This document shows positions 13,595-23,595 of a DNA stretch of 64,000 nt, piece by piece. Under the pieces are notes generated by a model. The model was not told where the DNA came from and did no database searches. It saw only the letters and a list, made by a program, of their open reading frames with translations. The first letter of the stretch is position 1, and each line of letters begins with the position of its first letter. The position numbers and the translations under genes were made by a program. The stretch spans positions 1-64,000 of the forward strand of contig MCFH01000099.1 of assembly GCA_002104945.1 (NCBI GenBank), written 5' to 3'. Source of the DNA: Piromyces finnis finn. Lineage: Eukaryota > Fungi > Neocallimastigomycota.

Positions 13595-14875
13595 AACGGC
13601 GGCATCAAATATTTTATTGTACACATTTTCATTATTATTGATAGGACTATTGGAATTGCGTTGATTGGAAAAATTTAATAGCTGGACTATGCAATTGTAA
13701 TGTTTAATACGGATATCTCTAAATGTTGGACAATCTAATAACCACTCTTGCAACATGGACAGTAGTTAGGAGTTAGGACAAACTGGATCAACAAATTTAG
13801 CAGCTTTTGTAACTCTAGCATCCAACTTATATCCGGTTCTTGTTTTCAATAACAGCCAGTAGAAGCCATAGACAAACTCTGGGTACTCATAATATAATTT
13901 AATAAAATCTATAGTTTTAATAATTTTATTATTGTTGATAGTATTAAGCTTTGATTGAATTTCTTTTGAGATCTTTCCAATAGAAGTTTTTAACTGCTTT
14001 AACATCTCCATGCTTCTTTAATTTTTTATCAAGTGGCCTACTTGATTTGCACCATGTATATTTTTTAAATTTAAGAATGTAATTGACAAGGTGTGAGATG
14101 ATACAATTTGAGTTTTTCCACTTGTTAAAGCGTCTATCCTGAGCTAATGCGCATTTGGCTAACAATAGAGGAATATTCAAATCTTTTAAACTAGAGTATA
14201 GAGATATAAATGATACAGCTTTATGAACTTCAGCAACTTATCGTATTCCTTTGTAAACATGCTTCTGAGCAATCCTAGACCTAGCTTTATGAAACTCTGT
14301 TGATTACTTGTAAGTTAAGTACTAACTTTTAGAAAGGAATAGGATTATTAGGATTATCTTAAGAGTTGACTTACTAAAAAAAAAAAAATGTCCTTTCAAA
14401 ACCTTGTTATTAAAAACTTTAATAACTGGTTTAAGGGTCAAATTCTTATCAAATGGAATACCAAGATAGGTGTAACAATCAGTAGTTGGAATGGATTTTC
14501 TTGCTAAGTAAAATATTAGATCTTTCTTGTTCTAATTTTCTACTGATTCAGGACGTATTATCATCGTTGAATATTACTGGATACCAAATTTCATTTCATT
14601 ATACAAAGTCCATTCGATAACTCTTTTTAGCAACTTTTTTAAGTATCTTCTTAATAGAGTATAAATAACTATATTATTTGCAAAAAAAGTCCACCACAGC
14701 ATCGAATGCCTCCTAAACTGACACCGAGATCTTCGTACTCTTTAAAAATATTATTAATAAAAAGATTAATAAGAATAGGAAAAAATGGGCAAGCTTGACG
14801 GACTTTTTTCTTAACATCAAAAGATTTCGAGAATTGACCAACAAATTTGACATTAGATATTAAATAAAAATTTAC
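13595..14875 (-). pseudogene. Decayed, internally deleted, 5'-truncated older copy of the LINE (3' half of RT and CCHC region)
   Basis: ORF fragments 13766-14011 and 13944-14180 align to the intact ORF with many substitutions and frameshifts. The 3' terminus is ttttaacggcggcatcaaatatt. Confidence 0.88.
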
Positions 14876-14886
14876 GAAAGTTGATT

Positions 14887-15137
14887 AAATATTTTTAAAC
14901 TCTATTATTAAATTAATTAAAATTATAATACGTAATTAAAAAATTAAAAATTAAAATAAAAATAAAAAAAATAGGTTTAAAGAAACACAAATGAATAAAA
15001 ATTGAATATAATGTATTCTAGTCATTTTAATTAAAGTAAAAAAACCACTATCATACTAAAGTATAATAATTGTATTTGACTTCCAATGGGATTTTTTTTA
15101 TTTTTTTTTTATTAACGGCATTAAATATTTTCCAATA

Positions 15138-15140
<3 letters not shown>
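14887..15140 (-). mobile_element. Diverged 3'-UTR fragment of the LINE plus a ~40-bp mini-insertion (T-run plus terminal ~18 nt) bounded by an imperfect direct repeat
   Basis: 3'-UTR-like sequence ends ...gacttccaatggga (15091), followed by a T-run, taacggcattaaatatt, then ttccaatagga (15130-15140). Confidence 0.75.
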
Positions 15141-15179
<39 letters not shown>

Positions 15180-15841
15180 GGCATCAAATATTTTAAACTT
15201 TATTATTAATTTAATTAAAATTATAATACATGTAATAAAAAAATTAAAATTAAAATAAAAATAAAAAAAAATATGTTTAAATAAACACAAATGAATAAAA
15301 ATTGGGTATAATGTATTCTAGTAATTTTAATTAAAGTAAGAAAGCCACTATCATACTAAAGTATAATAATTGTATTTGACTTCCAATGGGACACCGAGCC
15401 AAAGATCAAAATTTTGTCATGGAACAAAATTATGATCTCCATTGGTTGCGCTGGCCCTCCTGGCCTGTCTTACTGTTTCTTCAGCATTGACGCTCTTGGA
15501 TGTTGCTTCAAACCTTTTGAACATTGACCATTGCTGGCCAATAGCAAAAGGCATGATTTTGGTTAGAAGTTCCGCGGTTACCGTCAAGAATGGTGTTCCT
15601 TCATTAGTACCAGATTGAATCTGACGCTTACAAAGTTCTTTCCATTCCCTTGAATTGTAATTAATATTGTTAAAACTTCTTCCCCCAAGAAGGAATTTAA
15701 ATATTTTACTGCACACACTAGAATAATCATACACATTAGTATTCACCGGATTATTAGAACTATTACTATCATTAACTAAATTACTATCTAAATTAGAATT
15801 ATTATCTTCACTATTGTTATCATTACTAATATTATTATTTC
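15141..15841 (-). mobile_element. 5'-truncated LINE copy (~665 bp plus poly(A))
   Basis: T-run 15141-15176, then 3' UTR and ORF C-terminus, breaking inside the AAT-rich coding tract. Confidence 0.92.
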
Positions 15842-16615
15842 TTTTTTTTTTTTTTTTTTTTTTTTTTAACGGCATCAAATATTTTAAACTTTATTATTAA
15901 TTTAATTAAAATTATAATACATGTAATATAAAAATTAAAATAAAATAAAAATAAAAAAAAATATGTTTAAATAAACACAAATGAATAAAAATTGGGTATA
16001 ATGTATTCTAGTAATTTTAATTAAAGTAAGAAAGCCACTATCATACTAAAGTATAATAATTGTATTTGACTTCCAATGGGACACCGAGCCAAAGATCAAA
16101 ATTTTGTCATGGAACAAAATTATGATCTCCATTGGTTGCGCTGGCCCTCCTGGCCTGTCTTACTGTTTCTTCAGCATTGACGCTCTTGGATGTTGCTTCA
16201 AACCTTTTGAACATTGTCCATTGCTGGCCAATAGCAAAAGGCATGATTTTGGTTAGAAGTTTCGCGGTTACCGTCAAGAATGGTGTTCCTTCATTAGTAC
16301 CAGATTGAATCTGACGCTTACAAAGTTCTTTCCATTCCCTTGAATTGTAATTAATATTGTTAAAACTTCTTCCCCCAAGAAGGAATTTAAATATTTTACT
16401 GCACACACTAGAATAATCATACACATTAGTATTCACCGGATTATTAGAATTATTACTATCATTAACTAAATTACTATCTAAATTAGAATTATTATCATCA
16501 CTATTGCTATCATTACTAATATTATTATTTCTATTACTATTATTGTTATTATTACTATTGTTACTATTACTATTGTAATTATTACTATTGTTATTATTAC
16601 TATTTCTATTACTAT
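15842..16615 (-). mobile_element. 5'-truncated LINE copy (~750 bp plus poly(A))
   Basis: T-run 15842-15867, then 3' UTR and ORF C-terminus, breaking in the AAT-rich tract. It is followed by a 36-bp diverged element fragment (16616-16651). Confidence 0.92.
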
Positions 16616-16649
16616 CTTCGGCATTGACGCTCTTGGATGTTACTCCAAA

Positions 16650-16651
<2 letters not shown>

Positions 16652-16689
<38 letters not shown>

Positions 16690-19600
16690 GGCATCAAATA
16701 TTTTAAACTTTATTATTAATTTAATTAAAATTATAATACATGTAATAAAAAATTAAAAATAAATAAAAATAAAAAAAATATGTTTAAATAAACACAAATG
16801 AATAAAAATTGGGTATAATGTATTCTAGTAATTTTAATTAAAGTAAGAAAGCCACTATCATACTAAAGTATAATAATTGTATTTGACTTCCAATGGGACA
16901 CCGAGCCAAAGATCAAAATTTTGTCATGGAACAAAATTATGATCTCCATTGGTTGCGCTGGCCCTCCTGGCCTGTCTTACTGTTTCTTCAGCATTGACGC
17001 TCTTGGATGTTGCTTCAAACCTTTTGAACATTGACCATTGCTGGCCAATAGCAAAAGGCATGATTTTGGTTAGAAGTTCCGCGGTTACCGTCAAGAATGG
17101 TGCTCCTTCATTAGTACCAGATTGAATCTGACGCTTACAAAGTTCTTTCCATTCCCTTGAATTGTAATTAATATTGTTAAAACTTCTTCCCCCAAGAAGG
17201 AATTTAAATATTTTACTGCACACACTAGAATAATCATACACATTAATATTCACCGGATTATTAGAACTATTACTATCATTAACTAAATTACTATCTAAAT
17301 TAGAATTATTATCTTCACTATTGCTATCATTATTAATATTATTATTTCTATTACTACTATTGTTATTATTACTATTTCTATTATTACTATTACTACTATT
17401 GTTATTATTACTATTGTTATTATTATTATTGTTACTATTACTATTACTGTTATTGCTATCTCTACTGACATTATCAATTTCATTATTATTGATAGGACTA
17501 TTGGAATTACGTTGACTGAAAAAATTTAATAGCTGGACTATGGAATCATAATGTTTAATACGGATATCTCTAAATGTTGGACAATCTAATAACCAATGTT
17601 TAATACTTTGATCTCCACACTTGCAACATGGACAGTAGTTAGGACAAACTGGATCAACAAATTTGGCAGCTTTGGCAACTCTAGCATCCAACTTGTATCC
17701 GCTTCTTGCTTTCAATAGCCAGTAGAAGCCATAGGCAAACTCTGGGTACTCATAACATAATTTAATAAAATCTTTAGTTTCAATAAATTTATTATCATCA
17801 TAATATTGCGCTTTGATTGAATTCCCTTTGAGATCTTTCCAATAAAAGTTTTTAACTGCTTTAACATCTCCATGTTTCTTTAATTTTTTATCAAGTGTCC
17901 TACTTGATTTGCACCACGTGTATTTTCTAAATTTAGGAATGTAATTGACAAGGTGTGAGATAATACAATTTGAGTTTTTCCATTTGTTAAAACATCTAAC
18001 CTGAGCTAACGCACATTTGGCTGACAATGGAGGAATATTCAAATCTTTTGAAATAGAGTATAAAGATATAAACGATACAGCTTTATGAACTCCGGCAACC
18101 CATCGTATTCCTTTGTTAACATGCTTCTGAGCAATCCTAGACCTAGCTTTGTTGGATCCAAGTAATGGTGCAAAGTATGAAACTCTGCTAATCACTTGAG
18201 AGTTAAGTACTAGTTTTTTGAAAGGAATAGGAATATTAGGATTTCTTAAGAATTTACTGACTGAGAAAAGTCCTTTCAAAACCTTGTTATTAAGAACTTT
18301 AATTACTGGTTTAAGGGACAGATTCTTATCAAATGGAACACCAAGATAAGTGTAGCAGTCAGTAGTTGGAATGGGTTGTCCTGCTAAGTAAAATGTTGGA
18401 TCTCTCTTGTTCTGATTTTCTATTGATTCAGGACGAATCACCATCGTTGAACATTTCTGGATACCAAATTCCATTTCATTATACAAGGCCCATTCATTAA
18501 CTCTTCTAAGCATCTTTTTTAAGCATCCTCTTGTTGGAGCACAAATAACTATATCATCTGCAAAAAGTCCACCACAGCATCGAGTGTCACCTAAACTGAC
18601 TCCGAGATCTTCACACTCTCTAAATATATCATTAATAAAGAGATTAAAGAGAATAGGAGAAAGAGGGCAACCTTGACGGACTCCTTTTTTCACATCAAAA
18701 GATTTCGAGAATTGTCCATCTAATTTGACATTAGCCTTAGATGTTAAATATAAATTTTTGATAAATTGTAGACTCTTACCTCGGATTCCTAAACAATCTA
18801 ATTTATGGAGAATATTACCGATTGGGACTGAATCGTATGCTTTCCTGAGATCTAAAAAGGCCAAATATGTCTCTTTATTATCTAATTGACGTCTACGGCA
18901 TATTTCTTGGATTGAAATGAAAAGACTGATACTTTCTTCCTTTTTTCGAAAACCAAATTGTTCAGGTCTAATGAAATTATTCTTAAGACCATATTCTGAG
19001 ATTCTAGTGGTGACAATTTTGGAGATCAACTTAATACCATTATTGATAAGTGATATACCTCGATAGTTATCACAATCTGTCAAATCTCCCTTCTTAGGAA
19101 TAGAAACAATACTGGATTCATTCCATGAGTTGGGGAAATCTCCATCCCAAATACGGTTAAATAATTTAAGAATAAAATTTAAACCATGAGCATCATTATC
19201 TGAAGTAGTATTACCAGAAGAATTATTATCTGTAGCATTATTAGAATCATTACTTGATGGAACTAATGCTTTGTAAAATTCAATTGGAATACCATCCGGA
19301 CCTGATGCTTTATAATTTGGAGTAGTGAGGATAGCTGACTTGACTTCATCAATACTAATATCTTGGTTGATATCCCACTCATCAAGCATAGGAAGTGAAA
19401 AACGTTTATTCGTTGGTTCTTCATACCAATGCTCCAAATCAAGACTTACACCACTTGGATCTGATGCAAGATTTTCGAAATGATCATGCCACACATCTAG
19501 TTGTTCTTCCGTAGCAACAACTAATTCTCCATTTTTATTTTTAATTGGTTGAGCAATAAAGAAAGAATCTTTTCCAATTTTTGCAGTTTTCTTGATCCAT

Positions 19601-22110
19601 TTCCAGGCCTTCTTAGGATTATGACTCTTCATATACTCACATCCTGTTTTAATCCAATGAAGATATTCTTGTTTCCTAAATTCATTACATCTTTTGTGGA
19701 TGTAATCAATGAGCTTACGGTAGATTTTAATTCTTTTAATAAATTCATCTATATCATAAATTCTTTCTTTTTTAAATCTCTTATACAACTTCATTTTGAT
19801 TTTTTGGAGATTAAAAATTTGTTGTGAAATATGAAATGAAGACTTTATAACATTATTTGCTGAGGTAATACTGAGCTCGTCTGCAATTGAAAAAGCAGTT
19901 GAAGTAAACTCTTTGGAAAGTTCATCTGTAGAAACATTAGGATCGTTGAATTTTGCTGAAAGAATTTGGAATTTATTATGACTGAGAATAGATTCCTTTT
20001 CCTCAATACATTTTAATCTATTCCATTTCAGAATTTTCTTAGGAACATTAAAGTCATTAGAAAAATCTTCCATAGGAATAATTTTACCATTAATAAGAAG
20101 TGGCTTATGGTCTGATACAGGATAAAAATTATTTATAAATGATCCTGAGTGAATAAGATCTTTCATCTTCGAATTGATAAGAGCATGGTCAATGTCGGAA
20201 GATTGATCACCTCGAGTCCAAGAGATAGTCGACCCTCTAAGCGGAAGAATTTCCCAATCTCCTAATCCATTAGTTGATAACCAGTTGGATAATTTTACTT
20301 TAGACATATTAAAATCACCAACAAGAATCGATGGATGGGATGAATGAGTTTGTAACCACAAGCGAACTTCTAACTTTGCATGATCAACATAGATGTTGTG
20401 ATGACTATGAGGCATATAAACATTTCCAATCGAGCATTTGAATCTATTCCAGAGACTAAAAGTATAAATAGAAATAATATACTTTCCAGAGAAGTTTTCA
20501 AGTGAGGCTTGACACGAATTGTGAAAACCTAAATATAAACCTCTCATTCCTGGAACTGATTCGTCAGCTTTCTTGAAAAAGTGTCTATAGTTTCGCAAAG
20601 TAACACGACAAGGATAATCTGTATTCGATCCAGAACCATTACCAGTTTCTTGGAAACATAAGAATAATGGTTTGAAAATAGCTGTGAAATAGCTAATACT
20701 ATCTCTCTTTTCGTGATTCCACCCATTGGTGTTCCAACTAAGACAAAAAGAAAAGTTATCAGGCTTGTTGGATGAGGAAGAATCGTTGCTATTATTATTA
20801 TTATTAAAGTCATCGTTATTAATGGATGATGCATCAGAGGAATAAGTAGAACTATTATTAGATGGCTGTAAAACTGAAGAACTATCAACTATTGAACTGT
20901 TATCAGAGTTGATAGAACTATTAGAATTAATTGTTGAATGTTGAGATTGAAATTGTGTTTGCTGTAGATCTGGAATATTTTCATGATGGGAAACTTGTTG
21001 AAGATCTTGTTGAAGATCTTGTTGAAGATCGGATTGTTGATGAGATTGTTGAACTGATTGTTGAAATGATTGTTGAATAGAATGTTGATGTTTATTAGAA
21101 ACTAAAATTTTACGTTTGAGAGTGGAAAAAGTGTATTTGTGATTCCTTCTACTACGAGCTGAAAAGGAAATTGAGGTAACTGAAAGTTTCTTCTTTAACA
21201 TGTGTAAGATTTTAATACAATCTTTTGATGAACCATGAACCTTGACTAAGAAAAAGTGATCATTGAAAGTCTGAAAATATTTAACACTAATAACTGAATT
21301 AAATTTATCTTCTAGAATAACCTCGAGTTTTTCCCATAGCATATTTACTGACCATGATCGAATACCACGGATAAAGAAGGAGCGAATATCATCTAAGGGG
21401 ATACCAAAAGACCGGGTACCACGTCTGATATAATTCTTATCTTTAATATAAATGACTGACATGATAATTAATTCTAATTAAAAAAAATTGAATATAAAAT
21501 AAATACTAATAAAAATTACAAATATAACGTATATGGAAAAAAATCTGTCTCTCTCTCTCTTCTTAAAAGTACTGGATAGTACAAAAATTGTTACGATGCT
21601 TTGTTTAAAGTTTCTTTTTTTTTTTTTTTTTTTGAATTCTAGTTGTAAATTTTCTTTAAAAATTCTAGTTTTGGTTTGTTGTTAGTAAATTCGATTCGCT
21701 TTTTGACACTAAAATTGTTTGACTTTACTTTTCATTAAATATTTAAATTGGTAAAAAATTTGAATCAAGAATGTCGACACCAGAAAGCTTGTGAATAGTA
21801 TTTTTACATGATGTAGAGTGAATCAGTCTCTTACAAGAAACAATACAACAATAGCTACATGAATATAAAAATACAATGCAAATGCTAAAGTTGACTACAT
21901 TGGATTCTTACAAGAGAAGAGTAGTACTACATGAATACATGAATAAAAGAAAAAATACAGCAACAAAATGTATTACTCTTCTAATTAAATACTATACAAA
22001 CTTACCTGAATATCAAACATTCAACTTATTCATCAAATACTTAATTCGATGAATAAAATGTTTTTTAATCGCTCAGTACCATGAGCTTAGTCCTAATAAT
22101 TTTCCCTTGA

Positions 22111-22114
<4 letters not shown>
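16652..22114 (-). mobile_element. LINE copy 1: near full length, lacks the 5' monomers
   Basis: Poly(A) 16652-16686, 3' UTR with AATAAA about 22 nt before the tail, intact ORF and 5' UTR ending at ...ttcccttgaagac, where copies 2 and 3 continue into the monomers. Confidence 0.95.
16924..21462 (-). CDS. LINE polyprotein, 1512 aa: N-terminal RRM-like region, Q/S/N linker, APE endonuclease, reverse transcriptase, CCHC knuckle
   Basis: APE motifs SWNTNG, CFQET, GNVYMP, LVGDFN, SDIDH and SDHKPL. RT motifs ASGPDGIP, YRGISL, EQFGFR, AFLDLRKAYDSV, GVRQGCPLSPILFNLFIND, LFADDI and YTYLGV. C-terminal CPCCKCGDQSIKHWLLDC. Confidence 0.96.
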   Translation of the reverse strand: MSVIYIKDKNYIRRGTRSFGIPLDDIRSFFIRGIRSWSVNMLWEKLEVILEDKFNSVISVKYFQTFNDHFFLVKVHGSSKDCIKILHMLKKKLSVTSISFSARSRRNHKYTFSTLKRKILVSNKHQHSIQQSFQQSVQQSHQQSDLQQDLQQDLQQVSHHENIPDLQQTQFQSQHSTINSNSSINSDNSSIVDSSSVLQPSNNSSTYSSDASSINNDDFNNNNNSNDSSSSNKPDNFSFCLSWNTNGWNHEKRDSISYFTAIFKPLFLCFQETGNGSGSNTDYPCRVTLRNYRHFFKKADESVPGMRGLYLGFHNSCQASLENFSGKYIISIYTFSLWNRFKCSIGNVYMPHSHHNIYVDHAKLEVRLWLQTHSSHPSILVGDFNMSKVKLSNWLSTNGLGDWEILPLRGSTISWTRGDQSSDIDHALINSKMKDLIHSGSFINNFYPVSDHKPLLINGKIIPMEDFSNDFNVPKKILKWNRLKCIEEKESILSHNKFQILSAKFNDPNVSTDELSKEFTSTAFSIADELSITSANNVIKSSFHISQQIFNLQKIKMKLYKRFKKERIYDIDEFIKRIKIYRKLIDYIHKRCNEFRKQEYLHWIKTGCEYMKSHNPKKAWKWIKKTAKIGKDSFFIAQPIKNKNGELVVATEEQLDVWHDHFENLASDPSGVSLDLEHWYEEPTNKRFSLPMLDEWDINQDISIDEVKSAILTTPNYKASGPDGIPIEFYKALVPSSNDSNNATDNNSSGNTTSDNDAHGLNFILKLFNRIWDGDFPNSWNESSIVSIPKKGDLTDCDNYRGISLINNGIKLISKIVTTRISEYGLKNNFIRPEQFGFRKKEESISLFISIQEICRRRQLDNKETYLAFLDLRKAYDSVPIGNILHKLDCLGIRGKSLQFIKNLYLTSKANVKLDGQFSKSFDVKKGVRQGCPLSPILFNLFINDIFRECEDLGVSLGDTRCCGGLFADDIVICAPTRGCLKKMLRRVNEWALYNEMEFGIQKCSTMVIRPESIENQNKRDPTFYLAGQPIPTTDCYTYLGVPFDKNLSLKPVIKVLNNKVLKGLFSVSKFLRNPNIPIPFKKLVLNSQVISRVSYFAPLLGSNKARSRIAQKHVNKGIRWVAGVHKAVSFISLYSISKDLNIPPLSAKCALAQVRCFNKWKNSNCIISHLVNYIPKFRKYTWCKSSRTLDKKLKKHGDVKAVKNFYWKDLKGNSIKAQYYDDNKFIETKDFIKLCYEYPEFAYGFYWLLKARSGYKLDARVAKAAKFVDPVCPNYCPCCKCGDQSIKHWLLDCPTFRDIRIKHYDSIVQLLNFFSQRNSNSPINNNEIDNVSRDSNNSNSNSNNNNNNNSNNNNSSNSNNRNSNNNNSSNRNNNINNDSNSEDNNSNLDSNLVNDSNSSNNPVNINVYDYSSVCSKIFKFLLGGRSFNNINYNSREWKELCKRQIQSGTNEGAPFLTVTAELLTKIMPFAIGQQWSMFKRFEATSKSVNAEETVRQARRASATNGDHNFVP

Positions 22115-22141
<27 letters not shown>

Positions 22142-22369
22142 AACGGCATCAAATATTTTAAACTTTATTATTAATTTAATTAAAATTATAATACATGTAA
22201 TAAAAAATTAAAAAATAAAAATAAAAATAAAAAAAATATGTTTAAATAAACACAAATGAATAAAATTTGGGTATAATGTATTCTAGTAATTTTAATTAAA
22301 GTAAGAAAGCCACTATCATACTAAAGTATAATAATTGTATTTGACTTCCAATGGGACACCGAGCCAAAG

Positions 22370-22406
<37 letters not shown>

Positions 22407-22842
22407 GGCATCAAATATTTTAAACTTTATTATTAATTTAATTAAAATTATAATACATGTAATAAAAAATTAAAAATAAATAAAAATAAAAAAAAAATAT
22501 GTTTAAATAAACACAAATGAATAAAAATTGGGTATAATGTATTCTAGTAATTTTAATTAAAGTAAGAAAGCCACTTTTTCCTTTAGAAAAGGAGAGGATA
22601 TAATAAAAAGGTTTCAAAAAAAAAAAAAAAAAGGACAGAAAAAAACTATACTTTTTCCTTTTTTAATCCACTCTTGATTAAATCATCATCTGGTGGCATC
22701 CTCTCCTTTCTTTGTGAATAAAGCAATATTTACACCACAAAAATATAAATATTATGCCAAAGATCAAAATTTTGTCATGGAACAAAATTATGATCTCCAT
22801 TGGTTGCGCTGGCCCTCCTGGCCTGTCTTACTGTTTCTTCAG

Positions 22843-22844
<2 letters not shown>
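22115..22844 (-). mobile_element. 5'-truncated LINE copy (22142-22375 plus 22756-22844) interrupted by a later insertion
   Basis: Removing 22376-22768 restores contiguous element sequence gagccaaagatcaaa-attttgtcatgg...ctgtttcttcagca. Confidence 0.9.
22376..22755 (-). mobile_element. Chimeric insertion: poly(A), 172 nt of LINE 3' UTR and 180 nt of non-element sequence, flanked by the 13-bp TSD gccaaagatcaaa
   Basis: TSD at 22363-22375 and 22756-22768. Element sequence runs 22404-22575 and foreign sequence 22576-22755. Confidence 0.88.
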
Positions 22845-22887
<43 letters not shown>

Positions 22888-23321
22888 GGCATCAAATATT
22901 TTAAACTTTATTATTAATTTAATTAAAATTATAATACATGTAATATAAAAATTAAAATAAAATAAAAATAAAAAAAATATGTTTAAATAAACACAAATGA
23001 ATAAAAATTGGGTATAATGTATTCTAGTAATTTTAATTAAAGTAAGAAAGCCACTATCATACTAAAGTATAATAATTGTATTTGACTTCCAATGGGACAC
23101 CGAGCCAAAGATCAAAATTTTGTCATGGAACAAAATTATGATTTCCATTGGTTGCGCTGGCCCTCCTGGCCTGTCTTACTGTTTCTTCAGCATTGACGCT
23201 CTTGGATGTTGCTTCAAACCTTTTGAACATTGACCATTGCTGGCCAATAGCAAAAGGCATGATTTTGGTTAGAAGTTCCGCGGTTACCGTCAAGAATGGT
23301 GTTCCTTCGTTAGTACCAGAT

Positions 23322-23324
<3 letters not shown>
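22845..23324 (-). mobile_element. 5'-truncated LINE copy (left part); its remainder is at 34654-34716
   Basis: Ends ...ttagtaccagattga before a T-run. The sequence resumes as agtaccagattgaatctgacgcttacaaag... at 34654. Confidence 0.9.
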
Positions 23325-23359
<35 letters not shown>

Positions 23360-23595
23360 GGCATCAAATATTTTAAACTTTATTATTAATTTAATTAAAA
23401 TTATAATACATGTAATAAAAAATTAAAAATAAAAATAAAAATAAAAAAAATATGTTTAAATAAACACAAATGAATAAAAATTGGGTATAATGTATTCTAG
23501 TAATTTTAATTAAAGTAAGAAAGCCACTATTATACTAAAGTATAATAATTGTATTTGACTTCCAATGGGACACCGAGCCAAAAATCAAAATTTTG

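Noticed and set aside
15417-16697. ORFs starting MMPLKKKKKK
   Set aside because: Read-through from one copy's 3' end and poly(A) into the next truncated copy, so these are junction artefacts rather than genes.
22660-22710. C/D snoRNA or hammerhead in the captured segment (minus-strand GATGATGA / CAGATGA)
   Set aside because: No matching terminal CUGA D box or GAAA core in the right position.
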